This document shows, piece after piece, positions 47,162-57,307 of a stretch of 64,000 nt of DNA. The notes beneath the pieces are model-generated. The model saw nothing but the letters and a program-made list of their open reading frames with translations. It was not told where the DNA came from and ran no database searches. How positions within the stretch are numbered: position 1 is the stretch's first letter; every line of letters begins with the position of its first letter. The translations under genes and the position numbers were made by a program. Origin of the DNA: a virus (lineage: Duplodnaviria; Caudoviricetes); the IMG/VR virus record IMGVR_UViG_3300022719_000071, positions 296,470 to 360,469 of that record, one strand, 5' to 3'.

Positions 47162-47463
47162 TGCAAATCACGCTCAACAAGTCTTTGCTTCCTCACGAAG
47201 AAATGTTCATGAGGCAAGCCTTGCATAGTTTGGAATCAGACAAACGACTATCCACCGTATCTGATGTTTTGGGTCATCTTGTTTGGAGCGTGGCGAAACA
47301 TAATCGCAAACAATTGCATCACATGGTGAAAGCCGCACTCATGGACATGAAGAATGAAAATTGGATCAGAGGATATGATTACATCCGTATAGGTCCAGTT
47401 CTTGTTGTCATTGTTACAGGTATGAATGGCAAAAAACTTGCCATACGTTATCGTCTCCTATGA
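47161..47463 (+). CDS. Hypothetical protein
   Basis: Stop/start overlap. Confidence 0.55.
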   Translation: MQITLNKSLLPHEEMFMRQALHSLESDKRLSTVSDVLGHLVWSVAKHNRKQLHHMVKAALMDMKNENWIRGYDYIRIGPVLVVIVTGMNGKKLAIRYRLL

Positions 47464-47502
47464 GCTAAATACCCGACTATTCAGAGTATCTGGTTTGAGA
47501 CA

Positions 47503-47601
47503 ATGAGATTACTACAATTCTTTGGTGCTATCAGTGAGGAACGCAACATACCAGACCTAGAGGTTGGTGATGAGTTGATGAACCAGGAGAATAGTTCATG
47601 A
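47503..47601 (+). pseudogene. Leader-bearing stub
   Basis: MRLLQFFGAISEERNIPDLEVGDELMNQENSS*, after TAAATA at 47466. Confidence 0.55.
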
Positions 47602-48083
47602 GATTGTATGAATTCCTTAAACTTACTGAATCCAATATAAACCTATCTGGGTGGTACAACGCAAAAACTGGAATTTTTTTGCAATTAGATCGTGGTGAAG
47701 ATGAGATGTATCACCACTTTGATCTTGCTTTCGATAATCCAAAAGAATTTGGTGGTAAGCGTGTTCTTGGTAATGTCGTGGATACTACAGACCTGATAGC
47801 AAAGGTAGCGAAGGACGGGTGGGTGAGAACCAATCATTTCGGTGGTGTTTTATATCTAGATGTTACGCCAGAAACCGCCAAGCCTGCTGTAGCGTGGGGT
47901 GCAGAATATACTAGTAACATCGTAGTTGGTATCTGGCCGGTGGGCAAGAGCTTTGGTGAAATCAAGGAAATCAAGCTCAATAACCTCAAAGAGATTAAAG
48001 CGTTTCTGGAAAGTAAATTGACCGAAACTATCAATTCACGTTCTTTTGACACGCTGGTTATCACTGATCCATTGCCGGGATAA
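47598..48083 (+). CDS. Leader-bearing hypothetical protein
   Basis: MRLYEFLKLTE|S. Confidence 0.7.
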   Translation: MRLYEFLKLTESNINLSGWYNAKTGIFLQLDRGEDEMYHHFDLAFDNPKEFGGKRVLGNVVDTTDLIAKVAKDGWVRTNHFGGVLYLDVTPETAKPAVAWGAEYTSNIVVGIWPVGKSFGEIKEIKLNNLKEIKAFLESKLTETINSRSFDTLVITDPLPG

Positions 48084-48087
48084 GACG

Positions 48088-48840
48088 ATGAAATTACAAG
48101 AACTCATTCAGCACTCGCAGACCAAAGCCGGTAACATCACTTTGGACTACAACGAGGACGTTGAACCAGAGAACCGTGGCTTTGTGATTGATCGTATTGA
48201 TGCATATCAAGATGGTAGACACATTGGCTATCTCAAGATCTCCTACGTACCAAAAGAACTGTTCCACAAGTTCTTTCCATCTGTACTGCACTTCGAGTCA
48301 ATCCTGCACGGCAAGAATTACATCCCATACAATATCATTCGCAATGGTCCACCATTCCAGCATTGGTCAAAGTACGACGAAGAAACACAACGTCAAATGC
48401 TAGCCAGCGTTATGGTATCCCATTACTGGAGTAAACAAGGCATCGCCAAAACTCTACCAATCGATCAAGTCAGAGCCCTGATTCGAAAATTCGAGCGGGA
48501 AATGGCCAAGTCTACACGTCCAGGATCATACAGAGATTTCTATGCACACTTTGTAAACAAGCCATTCGTGGATTACATCAAGGTAGACAGCGGTGATCCA
48601 TTTGATGCCGAGTCATTTGGACGTGAGAGAGACAGCGAAGGTGAGGACATGCGTCGTAAAGGAATCGGAACTACGTTGTATAGAGCTGGTGCGCAATGGA
48701 TGAAAGAACGTGGAATGAAACTTCATGCTTCTGGTACGCAATCAGATGAAGCACAGGCAGCATGGGAGAAATTTACTCAACAAGGTAAAATTGGCAAAAC
48801 CAAATCCGGTCGTAAATACTACAAAGAACAAAGACGATGA
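48088..48840 (+). CDS. Leader-bearing GNAT-fold acetyltransferase-like protein
   Basis: MKLQEL; MRRKGIGTTLY...QSDEAQAAWEKF. Confidence 0.7.
   Translation: MKLQELIQHSQTKAGNITLDYNEDVEPENRGFVIDRIDAYQDGRHIGYLKISYVPKELFHKFFPSVLHFESILHGKNYIPYNIIRNGPPFQHWSKYDEETQRQMLASVMVSHYWSKQGIAKTLPIDQVRALIRKFEREMAKSTRPGSYRDFYAHFVNKPFVDYIKVDSGDPFDAESFGRERDSEGEDMRRKGIGTTLYRAGAQWMKERGMKLHASGTQSDEAQAAWEKFTQQGKIGKTKSGRKYYKEQRR
48674..48789 (+). repeat. 116-bp segment duplicated at 50710-50825
   Basis: 115/116 identical by eye. Confidence 0.9.
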
Positions 48841-48881
48841 AGATCCTTGAGTTCCTACAACCAGGGTACGATTACCATTAA
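48837..48881 (+). pseudogene. Leader-bearing stub MKILEFLQPGYDYH*
   Basis: ATGA overlap with GNAT stop; broken frames follow to about 49030. Confidence 0.45.
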
Positions 48882-49076
48882 AACACTTTGAGAATACTAA
48901 GTACTTTACAAAACGGTGTCTGTGGTAAATGCAGTTGAGATTGATGGATCGAATGCTCTGGAGTGGATCATGTTGGAGTCCATAGGATTCAACAACCGTT
49001 CTTATGATGAACAAGGATCCATACACTAGCAGTAACATGGAAGCACGTCTGTTGAAATTCTAATTGGACTACTCAT

Positions 49077-49313
49077 ATGAAGACAATCGTAATTAGCCCG
49101 GAAAACGTATCTCTTTTTCTTCTAGAGGATTCTGTTCAGCTTGATGTTCAGCCTGACCACATCTATTCGGCCAATCACAATGCTACGATTACGTTTCTGA
49201 ATGCATCAAACTGTGCGATACACGAAGACGTGAATGCACCAGTAGATTGGGCACCGGAAAAGTATCTGTTTGATGGAGTCACCTGGAGTGCTAATCCAGA
49301 CTACGTGGGATAA
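49077..49313 (+). CDS. Small fibre-associated protein
   Basis: C-terminal PVDWAPEKYLFDGVTWSANPDY typical of tail-fibre accessory proteins. Confidence 0.55.
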   Translation: MKTIVISPENVSLFLLEDSVQLDVQPDHIYSANHNATITFLNASNCAIHEDVNAPVDWAPEKYLFDGVTWSANPDYVG

Positions 49314-49317
49314 GAAA

Positions 49318-50586
49318 ATGACTGGAAAACTCATAATAAAAAGTGGAAGCATTATAACAGTTCAATCCGGAGGACGGGCCATCATAGGCCCAAAGGAAGT
49401 TGTTGGTTGGGCAGAATGGGATGGTAGTAGCGACAGTGTTAATCAAAGTGTTATAAGCTCTGGCATTGGCGGATATCCATTAAATGCCAATCTATACAAC
49501 ACCGATTCGATTTCTTTGCTATACCGGAATGCTTCTTTTAACTTCACTGCTACAGCGTCTACTTTGTTTCTATCTGGGAATACCATTACCCAAGGTTCGT
49601 CTGGTGAGTTTATATTCGGACCATCTCCAGGACAGAACAATTCTGACATCACTAATGTAGACAGTAATACAATCATCTTTACCAATCGTAATAACACTAC
49701 CACAACTAGCGCATGGCAAGGAACCGCATATAACATTTCTGCTGCCCCAGTAGGAACATATTCGAGTGGTTCTACACGTACGTTGTCTACTAGTGGATTT
49801 ACGCAGGGTGGTAACTATTTTCAAGTCAACCGATTTGCAGTTGGTGAAATAAGCTTTACGCAACGTCTAAAGGCAAACAACGGATCACAACAATTTGTTC
49901 GTACTGTTTCTAACAACTCGTTGAACAGTGCGAATGCGGCATCTGGTTCCGATTTTAGTGCATCGGGGAATACGTTTTTGAGAACATTCGGTGGCGGTGA
50001 CACCGGAGGACATGGAGACGTTGGAAATAGCCGTGTGGCAATCCTACGTGATGATACCGATGATGAAGAGCTATTCTTTACATCGTTTTCTAATCCTACT
50101 CTTAGTGTTGGAACATTATACAACACTAGCAGCATTGACGGGCCATCTTCTAGTTTCTACTTGCATAAAATCATTGATGAAGACCACGTTTTGGTGACAT
50201 ACTCTGATACTACCACCGGTGATCTGTCTGGTGTAGTATTGACATTGAGTGGTAACGATGTTATTGCAATCGGTACTCCATTTACTTTGCGTTCTGGAGA
50301 GGAATGGTTGACCGTGAAAATAATTTCTACTGCGGCGAATCAGGTTATGATTATTGGTGACGTGGAAGAAGATGCAGATCCAGGAAACCGAGATATCAAG
50401 GTAGCCGTTGTTACCTTCGCAGACGTAAACACTCCTACAGTAGAATCCGTAATCGATATTGATGCACTACATAGTGCTGGTGCTGGAAATGCTCATCCGC
50501 AAATACTTCCGTTAGATGCTAGCAGGATTCTGGCTCTATGGAGTGACGGTACATCCAATCTTCAAGGGCGTGTGCTCAACCTATAA
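49318..50586 (+). CDS. Beta-rich fibre / receptor-binding-like protein B
   Basis: G/S/T/N-rich beta repeats; N-terminus MTGKLIIKSGS shared with 51119. Confidence 0.6.
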   Translation: MTGKLIIKSGSIITVQSGGRAIIGPKEVVGWAEWDGSSDSVNQSVISSGIGGYPLNANLYNTDSISLLYRNASFNFTATASTLFLSGNTITQGSSGEFIFGPSPGQNNSDITNVDSNTIIFTNRNNTTTTSAWQGTAYNISAAPVGTYSSGSTRTLSTSGFTQGGNYFQVNRFAVGEISFTQRLKANNGSQQFVRTVSNNSLNSANAASGSDFSASGNTFLRTFGGGDTGGHGDVGNSRVAILRDDTDDEELFFTSFSNPTLSVGTLYNTSSIDGPSSSFYLHKIIDEDHVLVTYSDTTTGDLSGVVLTLSGNDVIAIGTPFTLRSGEEWLTVKIISTAANQVMIIGDVEEDADPGNRDIKVAVVTFADVNTPTVESVIDIDALHSAGAGNAHPQILPLDASRILALWSDGTSNLQGRVLNL

Positions 50587-50590
50587 TGGT

Positions 50591-50621
50591 TAAATACAGG
50601 GTATCTACTAGGAACCCTGTA
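50591..50621 (+). promoter_or_regulatory. TAAATA promoter with RBS hairpin (copy 1)
   Basis: TACAGGGT-N11-ACCCTGTA; stem conserved, loop different in copy 2 (52397-52427). Confidence 0.65.
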
Positions 50622-50622
50622 A

Positions 50623-50898
50623 ATGCGTCTTGTTGAATTCTTCGAGCTTCTGGAAGCCAAAGACAGACTAGAATATCTTGCTGACAAAAATGCCAGCAAG
50701 ATCTTCGCTCGTTGTATAGAGCTGGTGCGCAATGGATGAAAGAACGTGGAATGAAACTTCATGCTTCTGGTACGCAATCAGATGAAGCACAGGCAGCATG
50801 GGAGAAATTTACTCAACAGGGTAAAGTTGCCAAAGGTAAGCACGGACGACGCTATCTGGAGAAAAAGGATGAAGCTATTAGAATTTTTAGATGACTGA
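50623..50898 (+). pseudogene. Chimeric scar: 5' end of the 52429 gene joined out of frame to the 3' end of the GNAT gene, then MKLLEFLDD* stub (50869)
   Basis: Junction at CGTTG microhomology 50710-14. Confidence 0.85.
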
Positions 50899-51118
50899 TG
50901 ATTTACTGCTGTAATCCTATCTCGCAGAACAAACCAAATGCGGCATCATGAATGCTTTGATACACTTTCTTGAAGAAATAGCAAGATCCAAAAGGGAAAA
51001 AGAGGTATGAGAGATTATTCGTCAACTGGCGACCATCTTATGTCTCGATCCGCTAAATAATTTGTAATGACACCACAATCCGGATACACCGGAATCTCAG
51101 AGTAACAGGAAAAATTTA

Positions 51119-52369
51119 ATGACTGGTATAATCAATATCAAAAGCGGAAGCCTTCTTACTATCCAATCTGGTGGGGTGCTAAGCACCGGCCCATTGCCAC
51201 CACAGCCTCTTTGGGGTGGCTACGATGGCAGCAACAATGGTGCCTCTAATAACCTTGGAGCGCTTGGTACTAGTGGAATATTGAGGTTCTTTTCTCTTCC
51301 AATTATGGACACCGACAAGGTGATGCTGGGTTATTTTGGATCTGGAGAAAGTAGTTTCCCACGTGCTATAATTGCGTCCAGGAGTGGTGATACTGTTTCA
51401 GTAGGTAGCAGTCTACTGCTTAATAGTATCAACACTAGCAGTAACAGATTTGGTATTGCAGGATCGGATACCAACCGTGCTATTGCGTACTATCGAAATG
51501 GCGATGCCTCAGACGGTAAGGTTCTGACCGTATCCGGCACCACAATAAGTTCTGCTGGCACAACTTTTGGTGTCATTGGTTCTGGTCGTCCCAACAATCT
51601 AGAGATGGCACAAATCGATACAAACAGACACATCATTACATGGAACACTTCTACTGGTGGGTTTGAGACCCGTGTTCACGCTGCTACCAATACTGGTGGA
51701 ACAATTACCAGTGGTGGCACTGGTAATTTGATATTCACCAATCACGTTGCTAATGACAACTCCAGTGCTAAGTTAGACAGCACTCGTATTATCAATGCCT
51801 ATCGACAGAGCCTTAGTGGTCAACCGGACAGCAATGACATCTTTATTCAAGTACATGAGAACACTTCAGGAACCACGATATCATCCGGTACTCCTGTGAA
51901 GATTGAAGAGTCTGGTAATAACACAGAGAAAATGTTGTGTGTGATTCCAATCACCGCAAATGCGGCTGCTGTTATCTACGGCGGATCGGTTCCTGACAAA
52001 ACCTTCATTCAGTTCTACTCCATTAACGGAACCACGTTGACCGCAGAAGGTGGAGAACAGACATTGGATAATAAATTCTGGTCCGGCAAGAACCCATCCG
52101 AATCAACCTTCAATTGCACCAAGCTAACAGAGACAGAGTTCATGGTGTCCTATATTACTAATTCTGGTGGTATCTTAGACTGGGTAAGTCGTGTAATCAC
52201 CTTTCCAACGACTACTACTTTCTCATTGGGTAGTGAGGTATTGCTACTACCAAGTGGAACATTTGCAAACGAAAGAGTTATTCAAACATTGAATAGCACC
52301 ACTGTCCTGGCTTTGTACACCGAGAATACATCCACTGACACAGCACGAGCAATCGTAATCAACGTCTAA
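51119..52369 (+). CDS. Beta-rich fibre / receptor-binding-like protein B'
   Basis: MTGIINIKSGS; repeats such as VSGTTISSAGT; divergent paralog of 49318. Confidence 0.6.
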   Translation: MTGIINIKSGSLLTIQSGGVLSTGPLPPQPLWGGYDGSNNGASNNLGALGTSGILRFFSLPIMDTDKVMLGYFGSGESSFPRAIIASRSGDTVSVGSSLLLNSINTSSNRFGIAGSDTNRAIAYYRNGDASDGKVLTVSGTTISSAGTTFGVIGSGRPNNLEMAQIDTNRHIITWNTSTGGFETRVHAATNTGGTITSGGTGNLIFTNHVANDNSSAKLDSTRIINAYRQSLSGQPDSNDIFIQVHENTSGTTISSGTPVKIEESGNNTEKMLCVIPITANAAAVIYGGSVPDKTFIQFYSINGTTLTAEGGEQTLDNKFWSGKNPSESTFNCTKLTETEFMVSYITNSGGILDWVSRVITFPTTTTFSLGSEVLLLPSGTFANERVIQTLNSTTVLALYTENTSTDTARAIVINV

Positions 52370-52396
52370 GGCGTGTCCTCAACCTACTGTAACGGT

Positions 52397-52427
52397 TAAA
52401 TACAGGGTACCATCAAGGAACCCTGTA
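52397..52427 (+). promoter_or_regulatory. TAAATA promoter with RBS hairpin (copy 2)
   Basis: TACAGGGT-ACCATCAAGGA-ACCCTGTA. Confidence 0.65.
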
Positions 52428-52428
52428 A

Positions 52429-54480
52429 ATGCGTCTTGTTGAATTCTTCGAGCTTCTGGAAGCCAAAGACAGACTAGAATATCTTGCTGACAAAAATGCC
52501 AGCAAGATATTTGCTCGTTGGAAACAAAAAGTCAATGACGAGGGAATGACAGGATTACCCCAAGATTGGATCGAAGCAATAGCCGATGGCATCATCCCAG
52601 ATGCCATGACCATGGAACAATTCAAGGATTTGAATGACCTCGCACAACGTCACCAAGATATGCCAAAGTGGGTAGTAGATTTCTTCGCCCAATTCGATCC
52701 ATCCAAGAATAACAAGTATACCGATTGGATTCTACGCCAGTGGCTCTCTGACAAGCTGTGGCTAGAAGACACCTACAAGCTCACCAGCACGCTTGAAACA
52801 TTCGAGGAGCACCGCAAGAAGCTAGGTAACATGGACATCCTAGATCGTAATGGAGACCCATTAGGACCGCCCCCAGAGCGCCGTGGAGATATTAACGCCT
52901 GGAAAGACTACCGAACCCTCTTCCACGCTCTTAGGCCGCTACAAGGCACTACAGCGGCTGGTGAGAAGGTATCAAATTTCTTGGCAAAAGATAACATTCA
53001 GAAAATGATGCACATTCCTGTTCCAGATCCAGTGAGTACATTTGGTCCAAATGGTGAGCATGACATTGATGAGATCCAAAGCGATTACGCAGAATGGGCT
53101 GGAAAGGACGGTGGTGAGTTTGATACCCATGATTGGTATGACTTCGTTGGTTCGGATGAGGATACCGAATCTACCACTGAAATCAAGCCAATTTACAAGT
53201 CCGACCGTTTGGCAGTTCTTCAGCCAAACACACGACGTGCAGCTTGTGAGCTAGGACGTGGCACCGAGTGGTGCACCGCTTCTACGTCATCCCACAACCA
53301 CTTCTGGAATTATGCACCGAGTGGCCCGCTGTATGTCATATTGACTGACAAGATGGGCAAGTATCAGTTCCACTTTGATTCGGGGCAATTTGCCGATGTA
53401 CATGATAATATGCTTAGCGACGAGCAGAAAGCAGAATTGGCGAATGCATACCCCGAACTACGTAAAATTTTTGCTGATGAAGCTGTAAAGCATGGTCAAC
53501 TATGGTTGATCGATCCAGCAATGATTACTTCGGAGTATCTGGAGAACATTCAAAATGATCCAGACATCTATGGTCCTTATAGCCGGGAAGCTCGAAGTCG
53601 TTTGGAAATGCTGATGCAGAAAATTCCAAAGGCATTTGATGGCAAGGCTGATGAGAAAGCATTGCGTATGGCTGAGGAGTGGCTAAGGAAGAATAAACCA
53701 GAAGAGGCTTGGAGGTATGTACGTAAGCCAACTGAGCAAGACTTCTTGGATGGTATTCAATCCATGCCATCTGATGACATTCGTCAGGTGACCAATACTT
53801 GGAACATTATGAATTTTGCAAGGCAAAACAACATTGAACTTTCGGATGAGGTATACGAGGCTGCGGTTGCGTCTGACTCCGAATCTATTCTATCGGTCAC
53901 AGTGTCTGCTATATCCAGGAACCCACAGTGGGTTCTGGCCGCTGTTAAGGACCAGCCACGTTTCGTTGAGATGATTTATGCAACCCTATTTGGTGATTCT
54001 CAGTATGACATAGAGACAGAGCGTGCTCAGGTTATGCACCATGCACTAATGTCCCTGGATGGCGGTAAGGAGTTAATAATGAATGCACTATATAACCGTC
54101 CAACTATGGTGCGTTGGTTAGGTAATGTATTTGGTATTGACCCATGGAAGCACGCCTTCAAAATTGCACATGTAATATGGAATGATCATAGCGTAATGAA
54201 CCAATTGCGTAAGATTCTTGAGACACAGAACTTCAGTAACGAAGAACTAGTCGATTTGCTGATGTACCTGTTTGATATTAACGCAATCAATTTGTCACTG
54301 GTCAAAACAATCGAGCACAAGCTTGGTGGTTCTCTTCCATTGCAGTTACAGAAGAAGATTGTTCAAGAGAATCCACTGAACATTCAATTGATAGGAAATC
54401 CGGACCCAAATGTGCTGAAGATAGCACAAGCTATGGTCAAGGGTAATAGCGAGCTATCCTCGTTGCGCAGAGCGCAATGA
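52429..54480 (+). CDS. Leader-bearing WCT-family protein 2
   Basis: MRLVEFFELLE|A; FDPSKNNKYTDW; AACELGRGTEWCTAS; KYQFHFDS. Confidence 0.75.
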   Translation: MRLVEFFELLEAKDRLEYLADKNASKIFARWKQKVNDEGMTGLPQDWIEAIADGIIPDAMTMEQFKDLNDLAQRHQDMPKWVVDFFAQFDPSKNNKYTDWILRQWLSDKLWLEDTYKLTSTLETFEEHRKKLGNMDILDRNGDPLGPPPERRGDINAWKDYRTLFHALRPLQGTTAAGEKVSNFLAKDNIQKMMHIPVPDPVSTFGPNGEHDIDEIQSDYAEWAGKDGGEFDTHDWYDFVGSDEDTESTTEIKPIYKSDRLAVLQPNTRRAACELGRGTEWCTASTSSHNHFWNYAPSGPLYVILTDKMGKYQFHFDSGQFADVHDNMLSDEQKAELANAYPELRKIFADEAVKHGQLWLIDPAMITSEYLENIQNDPDIYGPYSREARSRLEMLMQKIPKAFDGKADEKALRMAEEWLRKNKPEEAWRYVRKPTEQDFLDGIQSMPSDDIRQVTNTWNIMNFARQNNIELSDEVYEAAVASDSESILSVTVSAISRNPQWVLAAVKDQPRFVEMIYATLFGDSQYDIETERAQVMHHALMSLDGGKELIMNALYNRPTMVRWLGNVFGIDPWKHAFKIAHVIWNDHSVMNQLRKILETQNFSNEELVDLLMYLFDINAINLSLVKTIEHKLGGSLPLQLQKKIVQENPLNIQLIGNPDPNVLKIAQAMVKGNSELSSLRRAQ

Positions 54481-54552
54481 CGTAGCACGCCACCGAAGAG
54501 GAGATGACAAACATGATAGCTGAAGTAATGGAGACATTAAAACAAAGATTAC

Positions 54553-56418
54553 ATGGTGATTAAAGCGATGATACCACTAACAGTAATCATGAACGAGGAA
54601 GAGTTGCTGGAGAATCGTTTGGAGTTTCTTCAGCAAAAGTTCGCTGAGCCTTTGGCTGCCAGAGCAGCACAAGACCCCCAGGCCAAATCTGTGGCCGGTG
54701 GGGACGTATTCACGTTCTTGGTGAATGCTGACCCGTCTCCCAACAAAAAGTTCGTCCAGTGGCTTATAGGGCTCTATCTGAAGGGAAACCTGATGCTAGA
54801 AGATGTGTACAAGGCCAATGAGTATCTTCAGTTGTTCTTGAAGAACGTGAAGAAGCTTCCTGGGCCTATGCGTGATATCAATCGTTACAAAAACATCAAT
54901 GACCTGTACGACGTGATCGAACAGTACGAGGAAGTGCAAACACAGAGTGAGATCAATCTTAAGCTTGACCAGAAGATGCATGGCCCTGAACATGTGAACA
55001 TCATCTATAACAGCCCGACGATGAAGGTGTTGCAATTGAAGAGCAAACAGGCAGCTTGCTATTTTGGCAAGAACACCAAGTGGTGTACGGCTGCACGTAA
55101 CAACAACATGTACGATACTTATGCCAAGCAAGGTCCAATCTTTATTGTCCTGGTAAAGAAAGAGAACGTGCGTTTCCAATTGCATTTCGAGTCCAATCAG
55201 TTTATGAATGAGAAGGACCAAAGTGTTGACATGATGGAGCTTGGAGACAAATACCCAGAACTCAAAAAGGCGCTTGGTTTATTGTATAACAAGGCTGTGG
55301 TCACACAAGACCCATCGAATATTTTCCAGTTGGAGAATCCAGTGGATGAGGTTGTGGAAACAGCATTCTATCGTAAACCATCGATGATTAAGAACATAAG
55401 CGATCCAAGCATGCCGATGATTATCGGTGCAATAAAAAAGGAACCTGAGATCATAATAGATTTGATCAAGACTGGTGTTGAGGTTCCGGATGAATTGCAG
55501 ACGTATGCTGTGCAGCAGAACTTTTCTTTGTCAAGAAAGATTCCGAAGTTTCAAGGGATGTATGAGCAGGCTGAGGAGATGAATAACGACCCTGATGGAT
55601 TATCATTGGAGGAGCAGGCACAGCGTGATGGGTACACGATGGAAGTGTTAATGCGTGCTGTTGAGGCTGGTGATGAACAGGGGTTGAGTCTATACGGATT
55701 TGACTCCACACATGGCTTTTTTATTAATAACTATTACAATAGGCATGAGTTTATTTCGGAATGGATTCCGGAAGATAATAGAAATAATGTTGCTCATTGG
55801 GCATCCAGCGTGTTGCACGGTGAAGGCGAAAATATTGAGATCTATGAAATTCCAAGTGATACTCCGGAAATAGTGCTAAAAGAATTACCAAAGTATCGTG
55901 CGGCTATTAGTCAGTACATTTTGAATCTCATCAACGATCCTGATAATCAAGAGTTGCTGGATACGTATGAGGACTTTGATCCAACCAATGAAAAAGAAAT
56001 CATGAGCTTCCTTTATGATGAAAAGAACTACGGAGACGCAGAGCAAATTCGAATTGCTCTTGTTAGTGCTTCTCACAGCGCCATTGAATATGGCATAGAA
56101 AATGAGATGGCTAATGATTTTTACAGGTGGTTTGATAGCTTGGAGGGTACATCACCGATTAGTGTTCATGTTGTACAAGAGAAGGGTGTAATGGTGTATG
56201 TGGATAAAGAAGAGGCTATTGACATTTTATCCAAGGGAATTAATGAGCAGTACCCTTTGATTAATGATTGGCATGAAATTGCGGAGTTTCCAAATTTCTA
56301 TCAGCCACGGTACGGTTGGGATGGGTTCAGCAAAGAGGCTGCTGAGGAAAGGCTATATGATGAGCTTCCTGTGGAAGTTAAAGAGCTACTTGACCCAAGC
56401 GTGAGAGAACCGTTCTAA
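54553..56418 (+). CDS. WCT-family protein 3 (start possibly 54589)
   Basis: ELLE|N; ADPSPNKKFVQW; AACYFGKNTKWCTAA; RFQLHFES. Confidence 0.75.
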   Translation: MVIKAMIPLTVIMNEEELLENRLEFLQQKFAEPLAARAAQDPQAKSVAGGDVFTFLVNADPSPNKKFVQWLIGLYLKGNLMLEDVYKANEYLQLFLKNVKKLPGPMRDINRYKNINDLYDVIEQYEEVQTQSEINLKLDQKMHGPEHVNIIYNSPTMKVLQLKSKQAACYFGKNTKWCTAARNNNMYDTYAKQGPIFIVLVKKENVRFQLHFESNQFMNEKDQSVDMMELGDKYPELKKALGLLYNKAVVTQDPSNIFQLENPVDEVVETAFYRKPSMIKNISDPSMPMIIGAIKKEPEIIIDLIKTGVEVPDELQTYAVQQNFSLSRKIPKFQGMYEQAEEMNNDPDGLSLEEQAQRDGYTMEVLMRAVEAGDEQGLSLYGFDSTHGFFINNYYNRHEFISEWIPEDNRNNVAHWASSVLHGEGENIEIYEIPSDTPEIVLKELPKYRAAISQYILNLINDPDNQELLDTYEDFDPTNEKEIMSFLYDEKNYGDAEQIRIALVSASHSAIEYGIENEMANDFYRWFDSLEGTSPISVHVVQEKGVMVYVDKEEAIDILSKGINEQYPLINDWHEIAEFPNFYQPRYGWDGFSKEAAEERLYDELPVEVKELLDPSVREPF

Positions 56419-57293
56419 TGAAATTGTTTGAGCTATTTCAAATCACTGAACTGTCTGGCAGCGAGCTACGTCAAATTCGTAATTTGGAGACTATTCCATC
56501 CCCTGGCGATTTGCAACAGCTTCTAATCGATCAAGGTATGGAATTAATCGCCTCTGGTTCTTATAGCCAAGTCTATGGTCATTCTGGTAGTTCATGGGTT
56601 GTCAAAGTAATTGGTCAACCCTTGAACATGTCGAATGAAAACGAGCGGTGCGGTGTACAATGGCTTCGTTATTGCAACAAGAACTGGAACACTAATACAC
56701 ACATCATGCGTGTTCCATTCGTCAGAACTATCAGGCTCTCCAATGTAAGATCGGATTCACCAGAGCGTATCTATGTGGGTGTGTTGGAGAGATTGGAGCC
56801 CATCTCCGAAAATGAAATGCGTGCTATGCCACGAATCATGTTGAAAAACGGAGAGATAGAGAAGCTAGCCGAAATAGCATATGCCGGTATCTTTAGTGGT
56901 TACATATCTGGTGTATGGGATGGATTTGCAGAACAGGTATACAAAAGGTACCCGAACGCTGTGCGTCCGTTGATTGATGGATTGTTGCAAGATTACATCA
57001 AACATCAAGACATAGATACACAGGATCCCGATGAACTCTATATCAACCCAATTCCAGAATGGCCTTATGACCCAAACGAAGTGACAGAGATTTTAGGCAC
57101 GGTTGGTGGCTTTGATATCATGAAGAGCTTGGCACGTATTTTCATTCGTGAGTCAGGCATGGACACTCCGCTCATTCAAGCAATCCGTGGGTTGAACAAA
57201 TTCTCATGTACGAAGGATTTGCATTTTCAGAACATCATGATTCGTCCAAGCACTGGTGAACTGGTAATCACTGATCCATTCGTGGATTTTTAA
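56418..57293 (+). CDS. Leader-bearing protein-kinase-like protein
   Basis: MKLFELFQITE; ASGSYSQVY...VVKV; DLHFQN; VITDP. Confidence 0.75.
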   Translation: MKLFELFQITELSGSELRQIRNLETIPSPGDLQQLLIDQGMELIASGSYSQVYGHSGSSWVVKVIGQPLNMSNENERCGVQWLRYCNKNWNTNTHIMRVPFVRTIRLSNVRSDSPERIYVGVLERLEPISENEMRAMPRIMLKNGEIEKLAEIAYAGIFSGYISGVWDGFAEQVYKRYPNAVRPLIDGLLQDYIKHQDIDTQDPDELYINPIPEWPYDPNEVTEILGTVGGFDIMKSLARIFIRESGMDTPLIQAIRGLNKFSCTKDLHFQNIMIRPSTGELVITDPFVDF

Positions 57294-57307
57294 TAGAGGA
57301 TAGCCCC

